In this document: positions 15,372 to 29,266 of the stretch, one piece after another
How positions within the stretch are numbered: the first letter of the stretch is position 1
Layout: each line of letters starts with the position of its first letter
Origin: Lingula anatina
Taxonomy: Eukaryota; Animalia; Brachiopoda
Assembly: GCA_051362555.1 (NCBI GenBank)
Contig: CM120646.1
Span: 14,818,001-14,882,000, forward strand
DNA: 64,000 bases
Direction: 5' to 3'
Made by a program: the position numbers and the translations under genes
The notes under the pieces: generated by a model
Told to the model about the DNA's origin: nothing
Seen by the model: only the letters and a program-made list of their open reading frames with translations
Database searches by the model: none

Positions 15372-18300
15372 AGGAAAAATGAAAAAGAAAGACAGGTTTG
15401 CTAAAATATAACATTTTTTTAAAAACATGCATGCATGATGTAGCCTGTAGGCACTAAACTGGTGGAACTAATACATGTAGGCCTACTTTGTTAAGGGGGG
15501 ATAAGGGGCACAGAGAATTTTTAAAAAGTTGCTTCGTTAATGAAAAGATTGTAGACCTGAAAATTTTTACTGTGGGATTAAGTATAGAGCACTATGTGCC
15601 CCCCCTCCCCCCCCCCCCTGCACGATCTGCAGTTGTGCCTTTGATGTTTAAAATCAAATGATAGGTTCCTACAACAATACTAGGCCTACTTTGGATCATA
15701 GTTTCATTGACTTGGATTATTAAACATCGTATCCTGTGAACAAATCAGCCAGATGATTCTCTCGATAAAATTACCTCACTTAAGTGGCATTCACTATCAG
15801 TTATCACTTTCAATCACTAAATGCGTCAGTGTAGGCCTATGTGCCAGAACGTTTGCGATAGAATGTGCTAGGTGCGACGCTATTTTGGTAAACACTGCAC
15901 TCCGCCAGAGTTAATTAAGTTCCATTTTTCTTGTTTTAGTTTTTAGAACTTATTTAACCATACGAATATTTATTGCTTTTGATAATCTAAGTTATGACTT
16001 TGCGAACTTCTCCTACTTTTTGTTGAGGAGCGTGTCAGATTAACTGTGTGTCCACATTAGTACAATTAGTTGACTTTGAGCTTTGTAATAAAAATATTTT
16101 AACTGGGAAGCTGTAACAAATACATAGGAATTTTGATGACTCAATGAAAAAAGTGGCGTTCTTATGTTGCCCGATCAACTGATCGTTACTTTTCAGCGCT
16201 GCATATTGACCCATTTTATTGGCATGAACATTGGATAAAATCGTGCTGAAGAAGTTGCGATTACACGCATAAAGCACGAGGCCATCGGCTCAGATGTGAA
16301 ACTTATCAACTGTAGAGAGCTTCGTGACTTATGAAATAAGTGGGTTTTAAGCCGTTAGACTGAATATGTAAACATGTCCAAAAACATTACGTGAAAGTAT
16401 TTAGTGTTTGCTATTTCATTTTCAGCTTTAAGAAGGGGTTCTGAAACACGCAATGTAATTTGTGGGCCCCAGGAAAAATGCATTCTAACCAGCTGATTGG
16501 AAACACGCATATTAAGTTAAATAGTGTAGTTCTGTCTAAGCGAAAGATTAAATGGATATACATGTTTAAGCAAACATGTTAATAGACAATTAAACAACGC
16601 TTAATAGTGGTCTGTAAGGAGAAAAATATAGAAAACGACATGTAATTTGTTCTACAGCTTACTTCTTGCTTATATATAGTCTGTATTGTTCACCGTGTAA
16701 AACTAAAAAGTTATAATACAAGACAAATATGAGCTTTTTCATCCACCTTAACTGGACAAGTCCTTTATCAGTGTCTAGGGGATTGACGACAAGTTACACC
16801 CGTTTTCTATTATTTCGTTCAGTTTGCTTTATTAATGGACAAGATCCCAAACACGTGAAACGGACAACTGAAAAACGACACGTGAACAGAAAAACAGTCA
16901 CTCCACCAACTGCGACCTTCACTGGTGTTTGGTGTACCTTTTGTATGTAAAATAATACAACCTATCAACATGTAATTAGCAAGAGTTGTGTAGGTACTTG
17001 GAAACTGTTTAAGAATCGTTGAAATTAGGGCTTCGTCAATTATTTTGTAAAAGTAGCCTACTCGAAGGTTGTAGGGTTGCCACTCATTCTGAGTCGTGAG
17101 AAAGTATCTCTTCAGCGTAACCCCAATTGATCTATTATAAAAAATAATTGCCCACAAGAGGGCGCAGTAAATAATGGAAAGGAAACTCACCAGAACAGCG
17201 CAGTTGGAGTGCAGAAATTTCGAATAGGTTGAGTTGGGTAGAGAGCTAATTTCAGGTTATTTTGATCGCATCTGTAGGGCCTTTGGATACAGACTGTTAA
17301 CACTTTCTACGACGGTTAGGTAGATTTCTTACTGTGCGTGACGCTTTTGAAAATGCGAGACTTCCTGATTAAATGCTATTACGTTTATTATTTGGAGCCC
17401 GTGTGATAGACAATGTAGATAATTGATCTTTTATTGATTAATTTTCATCAAACTGTTATCCCGCATGGTGGGTTAAGGCAGGGTACATATTGCAGATATT
17501 GCTACAGACTTTAACTTGCTGCTATGGAATAAAAGCCCTGGCCACATATACAAATACAACACTTAGTCCTACGTAAAGTGCATACTTCAAGTCCAACTGA
17601 AATGTTTCACTCAGAAAACCGAGAGAAATCCTGCATGATTTTCCTGGCGTTCATATGGTGTGCCTGTATATTCGATAAATATCTCGTCGCCCAGTTATCA
17701 AAATTGAAATTAAAGAGATTTCGCTAGAATAAACAGCTCTATATTTGACGCACGTGCAAATAGCGACACCAATTTGAAGTTCCGTTTGGCATATTCTGGT
17801 TAACATATTAGGGACTAATAGATAATTAGTAATTTCAGATTAGTAATTTCCCAAATTTACAACCGGAAGCACGCGATTTCTGTTGCACGTTCCGCCTACG
17901 AAACACGCCGTTACGTTGGCGTACATAGATTACACACAGTGCACGGGTCCCTGTACTTTACTTTTAAGTCGCCCTGATTTTTATGCAGTCAATTAGTTAT
18001 GGTAAACTTGGATCTATTTCCCGTGACATTTCAATTCCATTGATAATGTTTGTAAACCACTTGCAAACACGACTGATATCCGCCCTTTTGTCGCTTCGAA
18101 CAAAGAGGCAGCGGCCAAGTGAGACTGCCAAGAACGAATATTGGGCTAACAACGGCACCGAACGCATTCGATAACGCATATTATTTTCCCCAGCCTTGCT
18201 AACGCTGCAGTTGTTATGATCATTGAATATAAATCAAAATAGCATCATGCTTTGCTTACTGCCTTTTTCATTGTTCAACCGAGTTTGTGATATGTTGCTC

Positions 18301-19187
18301 ATTGCAAAAGAGGCTATCAAGTAACTTCGAAATTCTCTCAGTATCTGAGTAAATATTACGTTATCCTGAATGACGCCGTATCATCAACAACACAAGCTTA
18401 CATCAATATATAGCTGATTTATTTATTTATAGCGAATGCTGTATTAACACAGCTGATCCACGGATTATCTACATACAAAAGTGTTTGAACTAACATCACT
18501 AGAGAAAAAAACTGAGTCATTAAAGTTTGGATTAGTTTTCAATTTTGATTTTGCAACATGGTGAATATTCATTATAAATTTCCTCTTAAAATATATAGTA
18601 ATTGTACATAGAGATCATCAGTTTTTATCTTAAAATTAACTTAAAAGAGCTATTTACAGCGGTTCGTCTTTCTAATATGAATAAATTAAAGCAGTTGGCA
18701 TATTTCTCACATTTGGATATAACGATGCCGAACTCTGTTCTTTTCTTAATTCTTTCTAAAACACAATTGCCTAAGAGGAAACTCCCATTGCTGATGCATA
18801 GGGCAGATTCCTGCACGACCATTAAATTACCTACACACAGAGATTTGTTAAATAAAATGGAGTTAATATTTAAATAAATGAATATTTAAATGTCATTGCA
18901 CTGAAAACCAAAATTAATTGCATGTCTCTTGATTTATTGAAAGAAATAAAAAATCTAATTGAAAAAAAAAACTGACTGACTGGAAAAGAGTCTAGATCAT
19001 GCCTACTTAAAATGCATACTTTAAGTCCTCGCCATATGCTCAGTTCACACCGCCAGAGATATAGAAATCACAGACATTGACCAGAGTCACTGGTAAGAAG
19101 GGACACTGATCGCGAGACGGGAAATCGCGTGATGTTTGAAAGTCCCGAGATTTGCCACCCAGACTTGCCACGGACAGAGTTCATCAG

Positions 19188-21485
19188 TTAGCTATTTCTT
19201 TTGCCGAGAAAACGTGGTTTGTTTTGATTGCTCCTCTTGTCCGACGTTGACAATGCCATGTCATCCGAGGCTGCAGTGGTAGTGAGCTCGTCACGCTTTC
19301 CTAGAAAACTGGGTTTATTTCTGTCACTGGACTGAGAACGGAACATATTGTGCAAAAAGGCGGACATATCCCCGCTTTTCTTTCCAATAAATCTTGGCTT
19401 GTTTTTAGCATTTGAGTACGACCTGAACATGTTCTGTAGGTACGACCTAACGTCCCGTTTGCCGATAAATCTGGGCTTTTGACGATTACCCTGTTTGGCA
19501 CGAAACAGTTCCGACACGTAACTTTTCAAGTCTCTCTTGGACCGCGATTTGACGGCTCTTTTGCCGATAAAACCTGGCTTCTGGCGAGTGCTTGGTTTGG
19601 ACCGAAAAAACGACTGGACATAATCTTGCACGTCTCTCTTGCCGATGAACCTGGGTTTCTGTAGCGCGATATCCTGAGGGACGATGGTCTGGATGCCAGG
19701 TACTTCCACTTGTCTCTTCCCCAGGAATGCTGGGTTGTGTTTGCCCGCCGTCTGCGACCTCATCAGGTTTGCCAGATACGCTTGCATCCTGGAACCGCGT
19801 TTTTTAAAGAATCTGGGCCTCCTGGTTCCTTCGTCAACGCTAATCTGAGAGCTACCTGTCTCATGTTGGTTCCAATCCCGCTTACCCAAGAAGGCGGGGT
19901 TATTCCGGATTGAAGACCCAGGCCGGAACATGTTCAGCATGTAGGCCCGCACGCCTCCTTTGAAACGACGCTTTTCCGAGGCGTTCCTGTCATCCACGTC
20001 TTCTGAGTCGACGTTCAAATCACCGTCTACATTTTCATCCATGCCGTCTTTAGCGACATCGACTATAACGACGGGATCGTATGTCAGAAGCCACGATGCG
20101 ATGCCATCGGTGTCATCAGTATCGGGGGTTTTGACGAATATACCATACTCGACTGGTTCCCTTATGCCTTCGTCCGTCACATCTTTGCCTGAATTAAGAA
20201 AAATAAATAAATGAATATAACACTAAACCGGCACGTTTTTTTTTATCTTTTAATAATATCAAGTGATGTTTTAAGAGCATTGTTTGTACGTGGTGGTAAA
20301 ATTATGACGGCTGTATATTCCTAGATCTGATTCTTACGGAAACTTAAGAAAAAAAGAAAATCAAGTTTCATTCAAATATGTAAAGCATCTTAGCTATCCA
20401 TACAGATAATCGTAATTAGTAACGGTCATTTACATCAGAACAAAAAAAAAAATAAATAAATTGGCTTTAGTGAAAATTAAATAATTATAAACAACTCAGC
20501 CATTATACATATTACCAAAGTAATCAAATATATCTAGCTTTTAATATATTTGAACCGCCATGCAATCAACATCTGGCCGTAATGATTTAACGGGTGCATA
20601 AAGACAATAATTAAGCTATTAGCATAAATGAGGTCGTTTTATTTTACATCGAGAATAACTTCTCGTAGCGTTTTTTTTATTATCAAAAAAGCAGTAAACT
20701 GCGTTAAACGGGAACAAGAATATGCATGTAGCAAAGTTTGGAACCAATTTTTCATTCTTTTAATTACATCTGATACATTAAGTGTGGCATTTCTAAAATG
20801 TAATATGTATCCTTATATACATATAGTAGTAATTTAGATAGATAGTAATAGATAATAATTTTGAAAGTTTACGACATACTGTGAACGGATAAAGACAATA
20901 AGTTATATTTCAGTTAATACATTCTACATCATCTATCGTGGATAAACACGGACTTTAATTAATCATTTGATAAATGTTCACAATAAATGGCGGAATTAAT
21001 CACTGTTGATTTAACTGGGATTATGTTGTAGTCGTGAGCTAATTAAACTTAAACGTAGTTTAAGTTTGTATGGAATTTCAGTTTTAAAAACTACGTTTGC
21101 TCGTCAGCGGAAAGACTACGGATTGTTAACTTATTTCAGTTTACCTAAAATGAATGGCGCATACTCTATCTGTCATTGATTTTTAGCTATAAAGTGGATT
21201 TACATTATTTTGTAGATATGAATTAACTTTTCTAAGATATTTCTTATAATATACGTATGTAAAGATGAAGATTACACTGAATCAAAAGCACTGAAGAAAT
21301 ACTTTTAGAAATCGTACGACCAAGGCTCACAATTTATAGTATTAAAGAAAAGCTCCAACTGAAACTTTACTTATTTACTCACCAATTGCCTTTAAATCGG
21401 AGTCCGTATCTTTTTTCCGTAGAGCCGTACAATTTGCCATTACTGCCAGTAAGGAGAGGAGAGTCCATCCCTTCACGAGTGCCAT
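19188..21485 (-). CDS. Multi-copy neuropeptide precursor (~367 aa) yielding PxF[I/L]amide peptides
   Basis: Exon 1, 21485-21383, encodes signal peptide MALVKGWTLLSLLAVMANCTA. Exon 2, 20188-19188, joins in phase and has an acidic spacer followed by eight PxF[IL]-G-K[RK] amidation/cleavage sites. Confidence 0.92.
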
Positions 21486-21489
21486 CGCT

Positions 21490-21530
21490 AACTTGACGTT
21501 CTCAAGAACTGGCCGCGGCTTATATACAGA
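21490..21530 (-). promoter_or_regulatory. TATA box of the neuropeptide precursor gene
   Basis: Minus-strand gTATATAAg at ~21527-21520, with an Inr-like tcaagtt about 25-30 nt downstream, just before the ATG. Confidence 0.6.
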
Positions 21531-24500
21531 GCGGGGATCAGGCACAACCACGAGTTCTCGAACTCTGGTTTCCGCTTTGTGGCTAATCAAATTATTAATG
21601 GCACGAGACGCACGCAGGCGTCTTACTTCTGGCAAATAATTCTTCGGGCCAGTTCCAAGCCGTGGACAGATTCGGATAAGTGGTTGTCTTTTCGCTTAAA
21701 TGGTCCTTGTGGAGACCAGACGTGGGTTAAAAACACTCCTTATGTGTCTTTAAAAGTGGATTCCAGAGAACAAAATAACCCCACTTCATCGAGAGGTTCA
21801 AAGAAATCGATCATCTGCTTTCTGGAAATAAAATCGGGAATGGTGACTGTTCACGTGACCGGAACGTCATGCAGTTTTCTTCAACTGCGCTCTGCTTCAG
21901 TACTTTCCCGCGAACATGTTCACAGGCAGATGCCAAACTATTTCTCGGCGAAGTAGCGACACTGATTGCCATTAAAAGATAATGGAATCACCCTTTTTAA
22001 TGGTGTCTTCATCTAATGTCCGCTATGCCAAGTGAAATATTGCCCCATCTTTTCGAGGTACGCCGAATCATCAAGTCAAATTTGTTCGGAGCTGGTAGCA
22101 TGACAAACTCCCTATTCAATATGCTGACAATAGTTGGGCTCCTCAAAATATGGGCGTGATATCGATATTTCCTTTCACATCATTGAAGTTAAGGTAAAGG
22201 TATTCAATTGACCCCGCTAAAATATTGCCTTTTAAAGAAAATGTGTTCATCCGAACAGGTAACATTTATCCGCCCAGACGGAATTGAAACAGTTCTAGTT
22301 CTTATGGTCATAATCACCATCAACGCTTTCTAATGATTCACATTTGGGAAAAAGTTGGCATTTCCCGAATTGCGGAATGGGCGGCTTCATGGCCATTAAT
22401 CAAGAACTTTCAAATAAGGCATTTCCTTAATTCCTTTAATTTGTGGCAATGAATTCGCGTTCGTCGTTTTTGAACAGAAAAGGTGTTGTTGAAGCGACGG
22501 AGTTACGCGTCTTAGCAGTCAAGTATAAAAATCATACAGCGAGACGCGCTCGTCCGTGTCCCGTTCACGAAGCCCATAATTTACCAGCCTGGAACGTTCA
22601 GCAAATAGACTTACCGTGTATCTAACTATACTAAAAGCAACCACAAATACTGAGCTATTACCATGGTATGATCTGTTTCCGTTTCGCATAATGATTATTG
22701 TATCAACGATTAATGCTGTCCAATACCCTGCTTCTCAATGTTATTCGGTCAGGGGATGAGTGCAATTTTTGTTTGCTTTGTGAATATTTATATTAAGATT
22801 ATTTGAATTATCTCACGTTTCACAATTTCTACATATTATACCATGGTAATGATGGACTGCATTTCACTTATTTAATTAAAGTAAATTGAATCGTAGAAGT
22901 GATATAAATCGTATTTCTTTTAATCGCTTTCTTTTTTTTTTTATAAATCTCTCTCTTAAATTTGATCATTGCTCTGTCACTGCGAAGTATTTGCGAGTTT
23001 TTATTTCATCCGGTAATCCAAGGATTAATTTGCTGAGACTATTTCATAGAACATTATCTGATACAAAGAATCGAAGAACAATGCGAATCATAGAACTATA
23101 CATGTATATTATATCATTTGCTAGGTGTATACAACTCATCATGATATGTGTCTAAAGCGATACAGTTATTTCACGTTTCTTTCTCAACTTAGTTTTCTGT
23201 CACTCATTTTTTTTATTGCAGATTCTTAGTTTTGTTAAAATAAAAACGCACAACGCTTTTACGTATACCGTCCTACACTGCACTGTGAAGTAAGGCCCCT
23301 CTCTGTTAGTGTGCCATTGGGGATAGTGGGCACCAATGTCAGAGTATCATATGTTTAATATTTTACCCGTGCTACCTCCGCTTCCTTCAATCACGACAAC
23401 TCTCGCCCCACAGTGTATTTTTGTGATTCATCTCATCTACTAAATTGACGCACTGTAAGTTTTGCCGTCACCATACGTACGTCACGACTTATTTTCAAAG
23501 AGCTACATGAAATAACAAAGAAAGAAAAGGTCGGCCATGAATTGGAAAGAAGGAAAAGGACAAGAAAAGTAGTTATTGACAAACTATGATGATAAGTGTA
23601 CACAAAAGCAGCAATACCAATGCTGTAAAGTTAATGACTTACGCTTTCACTAATAGCAGGTAATAATTAAAAAGGAACCAAGTAAAAGGAAAGGGAGTCA
23701 TTGAGTGTAAGTTAAATTTCTTTAAGAGTCAACAAGAGTGGAATCTGTTTTAGTGTTAGGAAAAGATGGATAGGGTTAAAGTCGGATACAGTTTTATTTG
23801 ATAGGTTAATTTCACTATAGGATGCATTTTGCTATCACCATCAACATGGTATGCAAAATGAGAATGGAAAATTTCTGATAATCATGCCATAGGCACTGGA
23901 AAGAAAAAACAATTAAAGGCGTGATCAGTGCGGGGAAATCCTGAAGGGCAGATATCAGTACAATTCATTATCAATTCCAATTAATTCCATTACTGGTCAA
24001 TACACTGTTATGATTCCGTATATGGTATTCTGATATAAATGATACATACCACAATTTGCTAACGCAGGTTTCCTTATAATTAAGATAGTTATTTGAAGAT
24101 GAAAATGTGAAAAGTTCACTAATGATAATAGGTTCAATAATATCTTCCATGTTATGAATTTTAGTGAGTCTATAGTTTTTGTCATAATTAATGTTTTTAA
24201 ATGGTTTATTAAAAAATAGAAAAAAAGAGACATTAGTATAAAAATAGATTTGCACATAAAATGGCTGTTGAAAATCACTGTGGACAGTTTTACTAGTTCA
24301 GTTTCCCTGAGAAATATTTGAACTTACATAGAACACAAATTCCTTTCAGTAAATATGTAACATATTTTGTCTCCCCGTGTGTGCCGCAATATTTCCATGG
24401 GAAGTTCGGAAGGCTAAATCGATGGCCCTAAACAGAATAGAATTATGTGACCTGAAAACAACGAAGAATGTAGCTCATTATGCTGTATGTGTAATATTCA

Positions 24501-26103
24501 TCAATAAATAATTTCAAACTAACTGCCACACAATTATAAAAAAATTGTTTCCCAAACCTAAATATGATGTTTTCTGTATAATCTTTTTGTGTAAACCTAC
24601 TTCCAAATTGATATTGTTATTTTAGCACCGTAGACATAGAATAGGTCCTAGTCACTGGGAAATGTAATTGGACCATACTGAATGGATAATAATTATAACT
24701 TTTCATTGGGAAAATTACCAGTGAACAGCTTTTAAGCTACATTTCTTTTGGAATGCAATCGACTCACACGCGTGCGTGTAAACCCACCTATTTTCACAGT
24801 TCCTCACAGTTGGTTGTTCAGTCTATAATCGATCTTTTCATGCTGTTTGTTTTTATCAAGCTGGACCATATTTGACATTCCGCACCCCGGAGTTTAGGCA
24901 TTTGTACATTTAGAGCTGAACCATAAGTCAGTTAGAAAAAATTGACTGAGTAGTTTAAATGAATAATAATTAACGTTAAGGTTAATTAGATAGGTGTGTG
25001 TGTGTGTGTGTGTGTGTGTATACTTTGTGCCCCTTTGTGTATCAAAAACCAAACAGGAGTTTCATTTAGATAAAGGTGTTTCAGACATTAACAAAGAATG
25101 AATCACGTTTGAAAAATGCGTGATGAGTTTAAAGACCAGACACTTGTATAATCATCGCATACGTTTGAGACGTACGTTTGAGGTGCACGTGAATATGACG
25201 TCATTGCACGAGGTTGTGTTCAGGTCATTCACTCATTAAGAGACCAGTGGTTCCCTAATGACCATTTTGGCAAGAATGAAGACGGATATTGTGACATTTT
25301 AACCCCCGTAATGATTAAACTCGTCATTCTTACCGAAGAGTGCCCTATACCTTTTAGTTGAGTGGTGTTATTAATAGCATGCAAATAAACTGACAAATGT
25401 AATTAAGTTCGAGTACTAGGTACATTGTGTAAGAAATAATCCATGCTGACGTTTTAGAAAAAAAAAAAGATTTCTAGTTTAGCTAATTTCATAATAATTG
25501 CATTTTAATGCCCTATTCATCCCCAGAAACTTCACCGCTGGTTTGGGTCTTTGTCTCCTCAAATATCATCAATCCAGTTTCTCATTTTGTTGAATGCGAT
25601 TGTTTTAATTGCGATCACACCTCATAAATGTAACTATTCACTTAGGGGAACCGTTCCAATGCCTGGGAACAGTTGATATGGTATGCTAATGCTGATGATA
25701 GCGTTCTAGGAAAATTGCGCGTTTGACCCTAAGTCCTTACACTTAATTTTGTGGATAACTTCTGACTACTAAACCTTCATGTGGATTTCAAACACTCCTC
25801 CAATATATTGACGGGGAGATGCGATAAGAAGCGACGTGGCCACCGTCTAAGCATATAGGAAAAAAAAGAGTTGACGCAAAACCCGATTCTTTTCTCAAGG
25901 CTAATAAATCTTAAATGTAGTCTAAGCTAGAGTTTGGTAGTTAACTGAATGGGGACTTTAAGACCTTCGTCTATAAATCGTTTTATATGCGCAGAGTACT
26001 TTATGTAAGCGGTACCATAATAACTGGACAATCAGAAAATGTTTAGGCCAATTATTACAACGAAATCATAGAAAATATTTGTTTTTCCTAAATTCTTAAT
26101 TTA

Positions 26104-26148
<45 letters not shown>

Positions 26149-27649
26149 GAGAACTGTGATTTCTAGTATTGGTGGTATCGACTAAACCTTTTATCCAATG
26201 AATAGGCCTACCACTGGTAATATCTACCATACAATACACCAGTTTTATGGTTAAATTGAAGAAATGTTAATGTTATTCTATACAATTTATTAAAAGAATC
26301 GTACCAAAGCACTCATATTCAATTTCACGTCCTTCTTCGTAAAATTCATAGAGAGGAGATGGCTTATATACCAGCTGTGTTAGCTGTCTACCGGACTCAC
26401 ATTTTTAGCCCATCAATGTGTCTTCCTTGCCCTCTGGCAAGCTCCACCGCATGATTTGTATACGTTTTTCTTCAGCAAATGACTTTCCCAATTGGCGTAA
26501 TTTCCTCCGAGAGACGCCATTGTCGCATGATATGATTTACGTGCATTTTGTTTCTCTTGGCAATTTTGCTGCTAGGAACGTAAAACAGATTTATACTACA
26601 GAAACATACACATACATACGCACACACACTAACACACATACACACACACACACACACACTAACACACACACACAAAGGGAGCAAGAGAGAAAGAGTAGTA
26701 GTATTCTGAAACATTAAGTCTAAGTAGCAAAGCAGAGTCACGTGAGGTTATGCACTTTTCACATGGTATGTTACATGTTCGGGAATTATCAGACCCCGTC
26801 AACCTCCTGATTTCAACCCTTTGATTATCAGTCCCTCACACACACACACAATACCAAAAATATTTGTAGCTCAACCACGGGAGACTTCATTTTTGCTAGT
26901 TCCATGAGTTATGTCTGTCAGTGCAAAATTTCTTAATTAATGGACAGTCGTACATCAAAAGACTTGGTTGGTGATTTTTGTTTGTATTTATTAACCTTCA
27001 CCATGAGTAGATCCGAAATAATTCCCAGTGAAATATATTTGATCTCTTACGTATTATTTGCCTTACTTGCTTCTTAGTTTGGAAATATCTAAAATAATTT
27101 AAACATCATTTTAATGAAGTTGGAGGGTGGAGTCGGAAACAATTCACAGATTTAGCTTAAGGCCTTCTCCCTCCAGCCAAATGAAATTATATAAGAAAAT
27201 AGACTTATGTAAAAACCATTGCCTGTAAGATATTTCAGATATTTTCCATCACGCTAGTGTCCTAGTGTTATGAAACGGTATGCGACCGTTCTCGCAAGAA
27301 TTAAGTCCTTCCGTTTTAGATTCGAGTTCTCTCGGTGCATTTAACCTATTTGTCATTGGCAATCAACCGCCAGTTTTCAAAGCAATTAAATTTGTTTATT
27401 GCACAAATGCCATGTGTTTTGATGAAATATAGGGAATAACTGATGTTGTTCGCTAGTTCTAAAAATGTAAATCTTGTTTGGCTTACCCTCCTGGAATAGA
27501 AACAAAAGGAATGTTGCAAACGATGAAAGGGATAATAACTCTTCGTTTCGGCCAAGAAATGAATTTTCCTGGAGTAAACAACAATTTTCCCATACTTACC
27601 AATGGTTAATAAATCCATTTTTACATTCAAAGTTAGTCCCTGGTTTTTT

Positions 27650-27869
27650 TCTAAAAAGTTTGGTTTTTTGTTAAAATCTCTTAAGAGATTTTAACAGAGT
27701 ATAGCCATCAATGGAGGTCACGTGGTTTAAAGACAAGCTCAAATATCAGAATTTATAGTTATAACTGCCATTTTTATGGTAAAACAGAATATATTCTATT
27801 TCTATGAGTTATTCACAATGTTTTTATTGTGAAATATAGATCTCATACGAAGAGTTATTATCCCTTTAA
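27650..27869. repeat. Dispersed repeat ending in TTAA (probable non-autonomous DNA transposon end), copy 1
   Basis: atgagttattcacaatgtttttattgtgaaatatagatctcatacgaa...atccctttaa matches 45900-46127. Confidence 0.6.
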
Positions 27870-29266
27870 CTTGGTGTTATACAAACAAATAAGGAAATTA
27901 AGAAATTACAAAAAAAAAAAAAAAAAACAAAGAAAGAAAGAAAGATGAAAAAACAAACGAAAAAGTTTTGATCTATTAAAGAAATAACAAACAATACACA
28001 TAATTTTTTTGACAGGAACATTTAATTTATAAATTAAAAATCATACAAAGTGCCATATTGTGTCACCCAGATGGCTCATTTTTCAAATGGCAATGACATT
28101 AGTAAATGTACATGGCAGCATCTGGGTTACATCATTCTAAAAATAAAGTCAGTACTTATAGATCTATATATAACAGTTTAGACTTCTAAACTTTCCATAA
28201 CTGGCATTAGGATTTTGAAGCCAAATACAGATATAACTGCAAAACCTGGGTTCAGGAATGAATTCTTTTGTCAGTTGATTATCTTTGTAATTTGATAAGT
28301 GCTACCTACGAATATTGTGTCATGTCCCGTTAAAGTCCTGAGGAATTCACTGTTAGTGATATACGTGTAAGTTACGTACGCTATGAAAAGTACAAATAAA
28401 TAAAGTGAAGACGTTTACATGAGTAAAGGAAACCGCAAAAATGAATCCAAGTGCATTTGCTTCCTTGAACAATAAGCAAACATTTGCAAAAATAATGCGT
28501 GGGATACAGTCCGTAAATAATACAGGTTTTCACAAAACGAATGTGCAAATAAATACTTATGTAAACAATAGAAAGGTATGCAAAATTACAACATTAAAAC
28601 ATTTCTCTTGAAAGTGCCGTGGTAACACTACAATTTAAGGATAGTAACTTTCTCTAAACTGTATAGCAGAACGTACAAGGGAAGGTTTCTTACTTTGTTG
28701 CCAAGGATAATGTCAGCAACACTGTTGGGTATTTAGATTAATGGTCAAGCACGTCTTCTTTACCATCTGCCACATTGGCACAAGGTGAAAAATAAGGTGA
28801 GTTTACAGTCGAACGCTAAAAATGAAACAGTAAAGATGCGTACTTATGAGTGCGTGGGGTAATTATTCTTACACACCGATGTAAAAGTAAGAACTCATGC
28901 TGCCAACTCTATGATGAAGTCAAGAACGTGGCAAACAAAAATTCTAGAGATACTTTACTTAGGTGATGGTGAAAGAAAGGTCGAACATATAAGGCCCCAT
29001 TTACGCGCGCTCGCGCGCGTCTGCGTGTGCAGAAGCTCAACTTCTGTCCAATAGCAAGTATTGGGTACGTATGCATAAAATCCTTCAGCAAAAATCCAAA
29101 CTAGTTTACAAAGGTACATAAAACCATACCCGTATAAATGTGTCACCATGCACGGGAATGGATAAAAATCACCATTCCAACTGTACAGATTTGTAAACAT
29201 TAAATGACAATAAACATGTACAAATTTACAATACATGAGGACATTTGCAAAAATATATACAATATA

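Noticed and set aside
21486-21635. Longer N-terminus for the neuropeptide precursor suggested by the ORF track
   Set aside because: The extension spans the TATA box. The ATG at 21485 directly starts a typical signal peptide.
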